A stretch of 64,000 bases of DNA from the human T2T-CHM13v2.0 reference genome, Homo sapiens (GCF_009914755.1 NC_060925.1); one strand, 5' to 3'. Counted from the stretch's first letter, positions 23,815 to 37,355 are shown. The notes: generated from the sequence alone by a model not told the origin. Translations and numbers: made by a program.

Positions 23815-24001
23815 TGGATGAATATGTACCATGTGTTTGAATTGCTTAAGTATTTACATGTTAAATGTGTAACTGCATATAAGTGTGGATGTGTATACAT
23901 GTTTGTAATTGTCTTGAGGTATATGTGTGGAGTTACCTGTATGAGTCTTGCCTGTAGGTTGTGTGTGCAGTTGTGTGTATTTGTGGAGCAGTGAATATTA
24001 G

Positions 24002-24418
<417 letters not shown>

Positions 24419-25641
24419 TAAACTCTATTAGGACTGAAATTTTTATCTATTTTGCTAACTATTTTGCTAATCTATTCCTAGTGTCCAGAATAGGGCCCAA
24501 CACTTAGTAGGCACTGTATACATATTTCTCCAATGAATGATGAATGAAAGTGTGCATGCTTGGCAGGGTGTGGGAAGTGTGTTAGGTGTATGAATCGTGC
24601 GTGTGTGTCTGGGTGTGTGAATGGATAAATTTTTTGTGTCTTGAGTGTGTGAGGTTTCTAGCATAAGTGGCCTATGAACCAAGTACGTGCACAGGTGCAT
24701 GTGTGTCTAGGCGTGTGACTGTGTACCTGAAGCTGGGCCACGTCTGTGAGCATTGCACACAACTGTGTGCATGCACAGTTGTGTGTGCTTGTACATGGGG
24801 GTGGGAAGGCGCTGTCGGCTTCTCCCAGCCTTCAGCACTCACTCAGCTTCACCCCAGGTCGCCTGCTGCGAAATGTCAGTGGCAGAGAAGCTAAAAATAT
24901 CTGCTCTCCTCCTTCTGCTCACTGCTTGGGCTGATGGGACTGTGGGGCCCCAGCCGGCCCCTTGGGCCCTGCGGGGAGGAGGAACTGCTGGATGAGGGGG
25001 CGGGGCACAGGGGAAGGAAGGGAGGCCCTCCTTCGTACACACCCTTCCCCCTTTCCTCTTGGGCTCCAAAGCCAGGCTTCAGGCTCACCTCTTTCAGGAA
25101 GCCCTCAAGAACCCCCCAGGAGCTGTGTGTGTCTGTGTGTCTGTCTACCTGGCAAGGAGATATGGCCCCCATCAGACTGGAGCTCCACAGAGCAGGTCTG
25201 TGCCTCTTCTGCCCATCCAGGGACTCCAGGGGACAGAGCTCTGTCTCCTTCAGGCCAGGGGCTCCCAGGGAAAAGGCTGGTGCTGTCTCCTCCCTAAGCC
25301 TGAGGGTTACGGATGCAGCCCAGGCCAGACAGGGCTTCACTGGGCTCTGGTTCTGGGGCCACTAGGGCCCTCTGACCCCAGGGCAGATCTGCTGTGATGA
25401 TGAGCTTGTGGGTAGGGAGGAGTCTCAGCTCTGCCCACACCACACCCTAGGCAGGCACGTGTTTGTGCTATGGGTACTTGTGTGGGTGCAGGTGGGACAT
25501 GTCAGGGCCCGTGGTCCTCTGGGGACCTGTGCCTCTCCACATGTCGGGCTCCTGCCTGCATCAGTGGTGTCAGCGACTGCCTGCCTTGGGCACTGTGGTC
25601 AATCGGTACAAGTTGAGTGTATTGTATGTTTCTCTGTGTTC

Positions 25642-25863
25642 TTTTTTTCTTTGGAGGGGGGGACGGAGTCTCGCTCTGACACCTCCCGAGTAGCTGGGAC
25701 TACAGGCGTGTGCCACCACACCCGGCTAATTTTTTGTATTTTTAGTAGCAAGAGGGTTTCATCATGTTAGCCAGGATGGTCTCGATCTCCTGACCTCAGG
25801 TGATCTGCCCGCCTCGGCCTCCCAAAGTGCTGGGATTACAGGCGTGAGCCACCACACCCGACC
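25642..25863 (-). mobile_element. Internally deleted Alu
   Basis: gacggagtctcgctctgac joins directly to acctcccgagtagc; roughly 80 bp of the right arm is missing. Confidence 0.85.
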
Positions 25864-26316
25864 TTCTCTGTGTTCTTGTGTGTGCACATGGATGACTGTG
25901 TATGTGGGTTTCTGCCTTTCATTGTGCAGGCCTGCAGATACTAGCAGGGATGGACTCTGCATTCATGTGGGAGTTGCTGATGTCACCATGGGGGGTTTCT
26001 GTTTGTGTGTCAATGTGCTCGGGTGTGTGTCTCTGTCAGAAGGTCAGTGCCTGTTTGTTCTGTGTATGGAGGTGTATGTAGGTGCATCTGTGTGTCAGTG
26101 TTTCAATTACCATGTTTCTGTGTGTCTGTGTGTCTGTCTTCCTGGTTGTCATTATGTCTGCGGTACCTCCGTGCCTGTGTTGCGTGCCTAGGTCAGTTTG
26201 ATTTTGCAGGTCTGTAGGGCCACGTGTCCCTCTGTATGTTGGTGTTTTCCATGTGGGTTGGAATCTGCCTCTGCTTTTCCTAATCTCCCACCATTTCTGT
26301 GTGGAAGGCCTCAGGC

Positions 26317-26318
<2 letters not shown>

Positions 26319-26356
<38 letters not shown>

Positions 26357-26362
26357 TGTGTG
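26319..26362 (+). repeat. (GT)n microsatellite
   Basis: Direct observation. Confidence 0.95.
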
Positions 26363-27099
26363 TTCAGCAACTTTCCCCAGCCCCACAGCCTGCAACCCTG
26401 AGATCTGCTCTCCCACTCTTTCTCCGTTGGACTTCAGGTGGGAGCTGAAGCAAAGAGGGCAGGCAGGCAGGGAGCCCACGACAGCCGGGGGCCGGGGCCA
26501 GGCTGCCACGAGGGCCCTACCTCAGCTTTCCTCCAAGCAAGCGCTAAGCCAGAGCCTCGGTTACATGTAAACACCAGCTGTGTCAAGACGGCGCAGCTTC
26601 TTCTAGGTCAACAGACAGCTGTGGGGTTGCTAGGCAACCGCCTGGCTCCCCCCTCCATTAGGCCCCCTCCCACTGCCTCTACCTGCAAACCCTCTGCTGG
26701 CTCCCCCCACGCCAGGATAGGCCTCACCCCTCCGCGCCAATTAACACAGCGGGACTGAGGGGGTAGGGGGTCAGGGCAGCTCCGGGACTGGAATCAAGGT
26801 ATGAGGACGTATTAACCCTTCACGTGCCACCACCCCCTCCACCTAGTCCTGGGGCACTTCACACACCCCTAACTTCACCAGTCACTTTAGGGCCTGGAGT
26901 GATGAGGAGCACGTCCTGAGGGATGGGGACCCTCAGTGCAGCCACAACCAGGACTGGAGAGACGCTGGAGGCAGATGGCGCAGGGCTTGGTCAAGGCCTC
27001 TCCCCTCCCCAGCCAAGCCTGGGGGAAGGAAGGGTTAAATTCCCCCTTTATTTCCCCTGTCCCGCCCCCTCCCAGGACAACCACCCCATTTCCAGGGCA

Positions 27100-27750
27100 G
27101 CACCTGCGCTCCCAGCTGCCGTGCCCGCTTGGTGCCTGAGTCCGGGCCAGGCAGCCCCCGCAGCGCCCAGGCCCTCGCCCTCGCCCTCGCCCTCGCCCTC
27201 GCCGGCCCCAGCGCCGCCCTTTGCCCGGCCTGGGACTTCTCTGCCGGGAAAGGGGAGGCGAGGGCCCCTAGGCCTTAGGCAAGGGGCTCAGGCCCACCGG
27301 GTGGGGTGCGTGGGCCAGGGCCGCCAGCCCCGGGGTGACTTGGCTGGAGCCGGAGGAAGGAGTTGGAGGAGGGAGCCCGGCCGGCAGGGGGGCAGCTGTG
27401 GGGGCAGCGCCCGTGGCCGCCCCATTAGTATGCGGCCGCGCTCTGCGCGCCATGGCAACAGCTCCCCCCGCGCAGCGCTAGGCGGGCAGCCCCGGGCGCA
27501 GCGCGCACCTCTCCTCCCACAGGTGGCGGCGCGCACGGGCACGCACGCACACTCGGCTCGGGCGCCTAGGGGAACGCCGGGGGCGCCAGGTGCGCTGGGG
27601 CGTCCTGCCGCCCGTGCAGCCGCCCATGGGCGTGTCCCCAGGTGCTCCAGAGTGAGGCCCGAGGGAGGAGTGTGTCCTTGAGGACGTTCTGCCCGCGCCT
27701 GGGTGTGCCCCTCAGTGGGTCCCTCGGCCGGCCTGCTGTGCTTTTATGTC
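27100..27750. promoter_or_regulatory. Orphan CpG island, candidate promoter or enhancer
   Basis: Very high GC and CpG density (gcggccgcgc, ggcggcgcgcacgggcacgcacgc); GC boxes; RFX half-site ccatggcaac; (GCCCTC)n repeat. Confidence 0.8.
27170..27203 (+). repeat. (GCCCTC)5 hexamer repeat
   Basis: gccctcgccctcgccctcgccctcgccctcgcc. Confidence 0.9.
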
Positions 27751-29319
27751 GGTCTCCGATTGTCCTGGAGGGTCTGTGCCTGTCTGTGCTCATCTGCCTC
27801 CTTAGCCCCGAGTGCCTGAGTGACTGCCAGTTAACCGAGCGTACCTGTGCCTCTGTATCTGTGTCTGTACGAGCCCAAGGGGTGTGTGTGTGTCCGTGTG
27901 CGCGTCCATGTCTCTGGGTTTTCCCCAGGAGGAACGCCCTGGGTGTGTCGGCGACTCTGGATGTCCGTGTGTGCCAGAATGAGTACCTGTGTGTGCGCCT
28001 TTGTGTCTGTGTGTGGCCCGTGGATATCTGTCTGGCATCCCTGAGTGTTTCGGGTGTGGCTGTGTGTGGACTTTTGTACGTCTATGTCCCTGTAAGTGCC
28101 CTCAGGAGCCCCTCTCTCCATGCATATCACTGTGTGTTCCTGTGAGTGCCCCACGTCTCCTGGAGTGTGGCTGTGTGTCCAGGGGCTGCTGGCTCTTTGC
28201 CCTCCTCGGCTTCACTCCCTGCTGCCTGAGTGAGCCGACACCTGCTCCCTGAGCACTGGGCCCCCTTCCCCCCACCTGGCAAGGACAGGGAAGGACACGG
28301 AGGCAGAGGCAGAGGCAGACATGGAGGCAGAGACAGAGACATGGAGGGAGACACAGCCAAGTAGGCTGGAGAGGTGGAGATCCAGTCACGTGATCAGCCT
28401 CAAAGCCCAAGACGGAGAAGAGAGGCACAGAGATGCCAAGATCCGGACATTAGAGAGAGGGAGACTCAGAGGCACACAGAGACCCAGAGCACGGCGTCCG
28501 GAACTGCAGAAACAGAAGAGATCAAGGATGCGGCTCCTCAGCCTCCCTTCCTCTCTCCCTCCCTCCCACTCTAGAGTTTCCAGCCCCAGCTGTGCCTCCC
28601 CCACATACCCAAAGCAGAGTTCTCCTGGCCCTGGGACTGGAAGCCAGCCTCCTCCTCACAGCTGGCTGTGTGTGTGTGGACACGTGTACATGCATGTGCG
28701 CATCTGTGTGACGCACTGGGCTAGTGCCTACCTTGTACACAGCCCCCCTCCATTCAAAACCTCCTCTCCCCACCACCACCGTCCACATTTTCACAGGCCC
28801 AAATCATGCACACCTTTACACACATGCCACACAGCCAGCCACACTCATTCAAGCCCAGAAACATGCCCTGGGCCTCCCTCTCTCAATCTCATCCACACAG
28901 GGCCAGAAGACCCAGCATACACAGCCACACCAGAAAGTCTCTCCCCGTCCTAAGGTGTGAGGGTCAGATGTCCACCCCTCTTTCCCCCTCTCAGCAACCC
29001 TCGAGGGGCTCGAACCCCTGCTACTCACAGGGAAAAACGCATGACTAAATTTGTCAATTCCATCAGATTAGACACTCAAAGGCAGGGCCCCTGACTGTCC
29101 TGCTCACTGTTGACTCCCCAAGTGCCTTCGACGGTGCCTGGAAGGTGCTTAAGAAATGTTTGAATAAATATGTTCATACCAGGTCTCTGGTGTGGGGGAG
29201 AACCCATAGTAACTGACAGCCACTCAGAGTGAAAAACGCTAATGGATATCACAGTGTACACACACCTAGGACAGTACACTAAATACAGGTGTGTGTGACA
29301 CTCAGCTCAACAGCTCAAT

Positions 29320-29480
29320 TAGAGGTTATCCAGTGGGCTGTGTGTTGGAACCACCCAAGAAGCTTTCAAAAATCCCCATGCCCAGGCCCCACCCCAGACC
29401 CATAAAATCGGAATATTTTGGGGTAGGACTTGGGCATCGGCATTTTGAAGCTCTCCAGGCAATTCCTTTCTAGGATCTAG
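29320..29480. mobile_element. MER5A-like hAT DNA transposon relic
   Basis: atgcccaggccccaccccagacc...aaatcggaat...gggcatcggcatttt resembles MER5A. Confidence 0.55.
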
Positions 29481-29560
29481 AACCCCTTATGTACATGAAT
29501 AGACTAACAAGTGTTGACACAGGGGTTATAGCCAGGGATGGGAGTAGAGAGGATTTTCAC

Positions 29561-29731
29561 TTTTTTTGTTGTTTGTTTTTTTGTTTTTGAGATGGAGTCT
29601 GGATCTGTCACGCAGGCTGGAGTGCAGTCGCGCGATCTCAGCTCACTGCAACCTATGCCTCCCAGGTCAAGCGATTCTCCTGCCTCGGCCTCCCAAGGAA
29701 CTGGAACCACAGGCGCGCGCCACTGCGCCCA
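29561..29731 (-). mobile_element. Alu right monomer (5'-truncated or FRAM-like) with TSD
   Basis: TSD ggattttcactttt on both sides. Confidence 0.8.
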
Positions 29732-30103
29732 AGGATTTTCACTTTTAACTGTACAGTGAAGCACAGACTTCTGAGCCAGACTGCTTGGTCTGAACTCTGG
29801 TGTCACCACTTAGTAAGTTCTGGTTTGAATGTACTCACTGAGTGGTCTTCATAAATTACCTCTCTGCACTTGAGTCTCCTGTCTGTAAAATGGGGATAAT
29901 AATCATTACAACGAAGCCTCATAGGATTCTGGTGGAGACCAAATGCATTAATACATATGCAAAGCATTTGGAACAGCTGGCATATATAAGTGCCATATAT
30001 CTATTATTAAAAATTTTTAAATTATAGAATGGATTAATTTTTGGATTTTATAAGCAGATTCCGCCCCCCGCCCCGCCTTAAAACTGTTATGAAAAAGCAA
30101 GAA

Positions 30104-30880
30104 AGGCCAGGTGCAGTGGCTCACGCCTGTAATCCCAGCACTTTGGGAGGCCAAGGTGGGCGGATCACGAGGTCAGGAGTTCAAGACCAGCCTGGCCAAC
30201 ATGGTGAAACCCTGTCTCTAGTAAAAACACAAAAATTAGCTGGGCGTGCGGGCACCTGTAATCCCAGCTACTTGGGAGGCTGAAGCAGGAGAATTGCTGC
30301 CACTGCGGAGGTTGCAGTGAGCCGTGATTGCGCCACTGCACTCCAGCCTGGGAGACAGAGCAAGACTCTGTCTTGGGATAAAAAAAAAAAAAAAAAAAGA
30401 AAAAAGAAAAAGAAAAAGAAAAAGGAAAGGGGAAAATTTTTTTTTAGACGAAGTTTCGCTCTGTTGCTCAGGCTGGAGTGCAGTGGCGCCCTCTTGGCTC
30501 ACTGCAAGCTCCGCCTCCCGGGTTCACACCATTCTCCTGCCTCAGCCTCCTGAGTAGCTGGGACTACAGGCGCCTGCGCCTACGCCCGGCTAATTTTTTG
30601 TGTTTTTAGTAGTGACGGGGTTTCACCATGTTAGCCAGGATGGTCTCGATCTCCTGACCTCAGGTGATCTGCCCGCCTCGGCCTCCCAAAGTGCTGGGAT
30701 TACAGGCGTGAGCCACCGCACCAGGCAGGAAAAAAATTTAACAAAGAAAAAAAGGCTGGGCGTGGTGGCTCGCACCTGTAATCCCAGCACTTTGGGAGGC
30801 AAAGGCTGGAGAATTGCTTGAGGTCAGGGGTTTGAGACCAGCCTGGGGAACATGGCAAGACACCATCTCTAAAAAGCAGA
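30104..30880. mobile_element. Alu (+) 30104-30423, AluY-like (-) 30437-30726, Alu monomer (+) 30753-30880
   Basis: Alu consensus; the middle element has AluY-type gcaagctccgcc and cattctcc. Confidence 0.9.
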
Positions 30881-33584
30881 AATAGAAGAAAAATACAAAA
30901 AGGGGGAAAAAAATAAAGGAAGGGCCTAAAGCCTAGGCCAGCCTACTTCTGCCACTTTCCACGTGAGCTTTGGACCAGTCCCTTACTCTGTGTCTGGGAA
31001 CCTGTCTTCTCATCTGTAAACCAAGTGAGCATCTTTCTCTACCTCAAAGATTGTTCTGAAGAATAAACGCCTCAGGGAAGTGTTTAATAAATGATGGCGA
31101 AACCCACGTATCTGAGAGCCACATTGCCTTGATGCATTCTGGGATCAGGTGTGGCACTGGGGCGGTGGTAGGGCCCTGACCTCTGAAAAGAACGGATCAA
31201 AACAGGGTGTGCCCCAAACCTGCACCATACACTGTGCAGGGTCTTTGCTGCCCTTAACTAAGGGCACAGAGAACCTTCCATCCCAGAGGCCCTGGTCCAT
31301 CTCCCGAGTCTGGTCTCCAAAATACACCACAGCCTGCCTCACCCCTTACTAAGCAGCAGGCCCTAGGCTGAAACCCCTCCCCTTCCTGAGCGCCCATTCT
31401 CTTGCTGCCCCTCCGTTCCCATCTCCTGGAGCCCCTGTTCTCACCAAGCCTTCCTACCATCACTTCCCTCTCCCTATGCCCCTCTCTTCATAGTGAACCC
31501 CCATCTTCCCTTCGAGTTAAGGGGCCCCTTCACTGTGCCATAATCAACCCGTCAAACTCCCACTTCCTTCCTGGGTCTCCTCTCTCTGCCCCAGTTCCAA
31601 AGCCCTGGGGCCCACAACCCTTCACTGCCCTTCCTCCCCTTCTCAAGACCTATCTCATGTTGAGCCCCAGTCCCTTCCACTGAGCAATCCACCACTGTCT
31701 CCTCCCCTCCCCGAAACCTCCTCTGGGCCGCCACTCCTCTGAGCCCTCAGCCGGACTCACCAGGCCCCACTCTGATTCCCTTGAAGCCAACTGGGCCCGG
31801 CCTGCCCCACCTGGACAGCCTCCCCGAGTCTCTTCTTCTTCCTCAGCAGCCGCTGAACACAGGCATTTTCTCCCTGCGGGTGATTCTTGAGGCTGAACAC
31901 AGGTTTCTCTGCGGTTGGCCTATCTGAGCCTCATCCACTGCTTTCTCTGATGCTGCCCACCCGCTCCAACCAGCCTCCACCTTACCCAGAGTGACCTTGC
32001 CAAAGCCCTCTCCCCTCCCTAAACACAGCGTGTGCCCAACAGAGCTAACTGCTTGTGGCTCCTGCCTCCTGTTACCCTTTCGCATCTCTAGGCCTTTGCA
32101 CATCCTCTTCCTCCTCCAGGAACTCCCTCACTTTTCTGCCCAGCACCTTAGGCTTGGCTCTGTAGAAGCTTTCTCCTCAGAGAAGCCCTCCTCCCTAACT
32201 CTCAGGGGGTCTCACTGCTTCTTGCCCCCACTTCCAGCTCATATTGCATCGTTAGCTTGAGTGTAGTGTTGTCTTCCCCGTCAGCAGTCAGGAAGCGTGG
32301 GGTAATGTCTTCATCTCTGAGTCTGGGGGATGTAGGGAGGGGGCTTGGTGGGTGGATGAGCTTTTTGCATCTAGCACAGAGGCAACAGTTTCAGGGGACT
32401 GTGACCTGAGTCCTCCTGCCTCTTCCAGACAGGTGTGCCCAGAAGGTGTGTTTCCTCCTCAGACCACGGGCTCCTCTGACTCTCCTGAGGCCAGGGCCTA
32501 GCTGGCTGGGTCAGGGAGGGCAGGCCCCGTGGCACGATCCCTTGGCATCTCCCTGAGCTTCACTGAGGAGGGACGTGAAGCCACACTCAGCAGAACTTAA
32601 ACATAAAATGGGTCTATGGGAAAAACTGCTTCCCAAAGACCAGGGAGGCCAAAGTGGGCATCATTTGGGCAAGGACACCCAAGAGGTCCCCAAAGTCAGG
32701 GATCAGGAAACAGCTCAGCTCTTCCAGGCCCACCAGACGCAGGCACAGGGTTAGGAGTTTTCTTTTTCCAAAGTTTACCAAAGCAGGGAGGAAACATTTG
32801 GAGTTCAGGGTAGACAGAAAGGGGAGGGCAGAGCAACACTGGGGTGACTGGCCTCGTCATATCCCAGGTTCTGCATAAGCAGATGTGGGGGTGTTGGGGT
32901 AAAATGAGGGGCCTGGAAGCAGAGAAGACTGATGACCTGGGGCAAATGGGAGATACATAGACGGGGGGCACTCCAATCCTAGTGGGAAAGGGAGGCCCCA
33001 TGAGGGTTCCGGGACTTAGGACGGAATGAGTGTCGCCAAGAGAGATGTCCCTGAACCAGAGTAGAACTGTGAGGCCCAAAGGCCATGAATACACAGGACA
33101 CACAAAGGGACTCGAGGCAGAGACCTGGGACCTTGGATGGAATAAGGGGGTCCAGAAGCAGGAGCCCCATGATGGAGGTTCCTCAGGGAGAGGAAACCCA
33201 GCATTTGGGGAGACCTTGGACTTGGGATAGAATATAGGGAGAGTCAGAGGAGACCCAGGACCTAGGACAAAATGGAGGTCCAAGAGGCAGAATCCCTGGA
33301 CCTGGGACTGAACGCATGATCAAGGGCCAGGATGTCCTCGGCAGCAGAGTGGGGAGCTCAGAGGCAGGGGAGACGCAGGGCCTGGAGTGAAATGAGGGGG
33401 AACCCAGATCTCAGGCAGAAGGGAAAACTCAGTGGCCAGGAACACGTGTAGGTATTTCAACTCCTCTGGAGAACCAGTAGCTGGTGACAAAACCCAGCGG
33501 TGTCCCTTCCATTCCCTCCACCCTCACTCCCCCTTTCACAAGACACAAGGTTGGTTTTTTTTTTTTGTTTTTTTTTTGTTTTTT

Positions 33585-34222
33585 TTTTGCTTTTTTTCAT
33601 TTCTTTTTAATACAAACTTGGATCTTTGGGTGTGTCCTGCCAACAGAAAACAACAACAACAACAACAGAAGAGAAAACCCAAAAGAGTGAAAAATAAGAA
33701 AGAAAAAAAAAGCTCCCGCAAGAGGTTCTTCTCCCTCCCCCCCACCATGCGAATTTGCACACCACGGGACCACAGCAGGTTTACAGAATGCAATATACAA
33801 TCCACGATTTATAATAAAACAGTATATACAATAAATAGGATATTGTTCATTTTTGTCAAACGACCTGTAGATAAATTTCTCAGTGCATACTTGCAGGGGC
33901 TCTGGACACCTCGGGGCCCCGCTCGCAACCTCTTGCACACGCTCGCTCTCTCGCTCTCTCTCTCTCTTTTTTTTTTTTGTCTTTTTCTAAAACTGTGTTT
34001 TGTTTTTAAGTTTTGTACATTTTTAAAAAGTATTTACAATTGCTGGTTTTGTGCAGAAAGGGCTCACCTTCGGCTTCTGCGTGGAGGAGATGGGTGGGAG
34101 GGGGTGGAGGGAGATGGGTCTGCAGGGGGTGTAGGGGGCAGGGTGGGAGGCAGAGGGGCAGGAGCTCCTGCCAGAGGACGATGTGGACGCTGGGAGGGAT
34201 CTTGGCGTTGGTTTTCTGAAAG
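33585..34222 (-). other. AHDC1: AHDC1 terminal non-coding exon (3'UTR)
   Basis: Strong acceptor cctcttctcttgtgtttctttgcag|CTTTC at 34222; AU-rich UTR-like composition inside GC-rich DNA; ATTAAA near the end. The 3' boundary is approximate. Confidence 0.85.
33606..33611 (-). terminator. AHDC1: Polyadenylation signal ATTAAA of AHDC1
   Basis: Plus-strand tttaat reads ATTAAA on the minus strand; it is followed by a genomic A-rich tract and a GU-rich element (ccttgtgtcttgtg, about 33537-33550). Confidence 0.7.
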
Positions 34223-34479
34223 CTGCAAAGAAACACAAGAGAAGAGGCAGGAGTGAGCGGCACGCATCGACTGTGCTCTGAGATCAGGGAAGTGAAGAGG
34301 GAGACCCCCACCCAGCTCCTCCCAGGATTCAGCAGGGTGAGGGGGAAAGCTAACCACTGTTCTTTCTCACAAAAACTCAGACCTGCCTTCTCTGAGCCCA
34401 GTTTCCCCATCTGTAAAATATGCGTGTCCAAGCCCCAAAACACAGGGTGAAGCAGGTGCTGGGTGAGGAGGTGGGGTTC

Positions 34480-34720
34480 CAGGCAGTGGAATTTGTTAAG
34501 AGCTTGGGCTCTGGAATCAGACACAGCTGAGTTCAAATACCAGTGCCACCCTTTAGTAGTGCTATGACCTTGGGCATGTTGTTGAACTTCTGTGAGCCTC
34601 AGTTTGCCCATCTGTAAAAAGAAGATAACTGAACTACCCCATTGGTTTGCTGGGAGGATTCAGCGGTATAGGACAGATGAAGCCTGGTCCTTAAGTGCAT
34701 AATAAATTATACTGATTATT
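34480..34720 (+). mobile_element. MIR
   Basis: gttaagagcttgggctctggaatcagac...gagcctcagtttgcccatctgtaaaa. Confidence 0.8.
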
Positions 34721-37355
34721 ATTCATTATTATTTTTCTGGGGCAGTTAGGCTCTCCAAACCTGCCTCCTCATGTCATGATGAGTTTAGTAATTCCTCCAA
34801 CTTAGGCTGTTCTGAGGAATGACATCATGGGGAGGGCAGGGCCTCAGCACACAGCACAGGTGTGAACAACTGCTTTTATTTCTTCTAAATCCAATCCTCT
34901 TCTTACCAATGCCATTCTGTTCCTTAGAGAGGTGAGGTGAGGAGGAAGTCTTTCTCAGTGAAAGAACAGAGAAACTGCCCAACACAATGCCATCTGTGTT
35001 TGGCTTAACCCTGCCTTCCTGAAGCTCAGACACTCCCAAGTTCCCAGTTCCTCCCATCGCCAGACACTCGAGATTGGAAGTACCCCTTTTTCCCAGACAG
35101 TTCTCATTATGCTTGCGGGGCCCTGGGGATCTGACTTCCCTACCCAGACCCCCAGCTTGGCTAGACCCCCTGGATTCACAGCTCTGCTAGGGTGAGTGAG
35201 AAGGTCCCCTGAAGGACAGGGATGGGCTCGGGACTTCCTAAGAGCTCCAGTCATTATTAGCCTGGTCCTTTCAGACTTCTGTCCTCCTCTCAGAGCCCCG
35301 AGACACACATCTCCCACCCTCAGTGTGCGACCATCTCCATCCGAATTAAAGGGCGAGGTGAGGATGCTGAAAGGGCCTCCTCAGGTTCCTTAGGAGCCCA
35401 TCCGTCCTCCCCCACACCAGCAGGAATCAGGCGGCGGCAGAAAGCCTCTCCTCCCTTGTACTTTCTTGGCTTCCCTTTCTACCAGAGCCACATTTAAATT
35501 CTGCTCAGCCTCGGCTGCTGTCTGCTGGGCAGTCAGCCCCGGGGACGACTTTTGTCCTGAGGCTGGACTTGCCAGGACTCCCCCAAGGTCCAGGGGAACC
35601 AGGTGGGCTCCTGCAGAGGCAGGGCAGCACCTCATCCTGGTGGACCAGACCAGGTGGCAGGCAGAGGCATAGGAGAGGAGAAGAGCTGCATCTTTGTTAA
35701 GCTGTCAGGTTGCCTGCAGTTGCAGGAGGATGGAATACTAGCCGTAGGGGCGAGCGGTGTGCCTGGGAGGGTGACAGCTGTGCTGCAATGGGGTGATAGG
35801 TAGAAAAGCAGCTCTTGGGGCAAGGGCTGCTGCTGGGATGAATGCAAGCTCTCCACAGTCAGGCGGTAAACAGGCTGCAGAGACAAGAGGGGTGTCTATT
35901 AGGGAGCAGAATGATTTTATCTGGGGTAACTGCTTGAGCCAGAGCGCTGGGGGCATCTATCCAGAGGACTGCTCTATTGCGGTTGAAGAACAGTTGCCAA
36001 GCTAAAGAACCTCTGTTGGGGTGTTGGGGGTGACAAGGGAAGGGGACTTTAGGATGGGCTGCTCCAAACCACTGGCAAACTGATATTGTCCAACGCCAGC
36101 CTCCCCTGCTCCCTCCAAGGGCCCCGGGGCAGGCTGGGAGCCTCTGCACAAATCCCTGCACCCCCACCCCCACCCCAGGCCCTTAGCCACTGCCAGTGAC
36201 CCTCTCTAAGCCAGGTCTCCATGGTGATCTCAGCCCAGCAGGCGGCTCCTGCCAGAACCATTCCCGCGGTGCCTGCGGCCAGGCAGCAGGAGGCTTTCTC
36301 ACCCTCTGCTAAGCCGCCCATCGCGTCTCACCTTCCTCCTCCCACTACCCTCCCCAGCTTTCAGGACTTGGCCAGCCAGAGACTTTGGCAGAATCTTCGG
36401 GATGGGAAGGAGCGGGGGAGGGGGGAAATCAAAGCCCAAAAGCCCCAGGGTTCTCTCATGGAGGTGGGGGAGAATGCTGTGGCTGTGTGGAACCCTGACC
36501 TCACCAGGTTCAGCTCTCCACAAAGCAGGACCAGACACTAACGTGCCAGGCAGCCCAGTGCTAGGCACTGGGGACAAAGCAGAGACCAAGACCGATCTGG
36601 TTCCTGTCTTTGAGAGGCTCACAGATAGAGGGGAAAGCAAAGCAGACCCCAAACCAGGGTAATTACCACGCAGGGAGACAGGGGCTGTGCCACGGAAGGT
36701 CCTGGGGAGGCAGCTAACCTGGTCGTGGCAGGAGAGACTGTGGCTCTTCAACCACTGCTGAACACTACCCAGCACATGCTGGGGCCAAGACGTACGCTGA
36801 CTGAGTGACAGAGCGGGGACTGACCTGAGTCTGGTCAGCATGTCAAGGTCCAGCTCCGGCCTTGCACACCTTCAGAACACCTCCTTAGACCACCCTGTTA
36901 CCATAGCTACGGTACCCTTGTCATCCCGACCTGGCTCCTCCAGGGCAGGAACCTATATGTGGTACTGCTGCACACCCAGGGCTAGCACGCACCGGCCCCC
37001 AGCACACCAACCACTGTTCTGCAGACTTCACCTTTTAGTGCCTCCGTGACACACAACTGCAGAGCCACATTCCTCTGAGTCCTCATGCTCCGGTGGTTTC
37101 ACCATCTGAGGTGCCAGGGCATTAAGTGGTCTCTGCCTGTCAAGGGGGGGACTGGCACTGGCAGCAGTGAGGGACAGCTGAGCAGAGATTCAAAGTGCTG
37201 CAGAGCACATATAAATCAGGTTGTCCAGAGGGGGCTGCTCTCCTCCAAAAAGGAAAAGGAATATATATTTGTGCTTTCATTTAAGTGAACAGCAAACATG
37301 TATTCATGCCCACTGGCTGCCAGGGCATGAGTTAAGGTCTAACCTCTACTCTCTA

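Noticed and set aside
26923-27681. 252-aa plus-strand ORF over the CpG island
   Set aside because: Stop-poor GC-rich DNA gives an A/G/P/R-rich translation with no domain; the strong-Kozak ATGs in the island (27452, 27627) open only 9-codon ORFs.
33432-34256. 274-aa ORF antisense to the AHDC1 3'UTR
   Set aside because: Made up of homopolymer and microsatellite translations (poly-F, Q, K).
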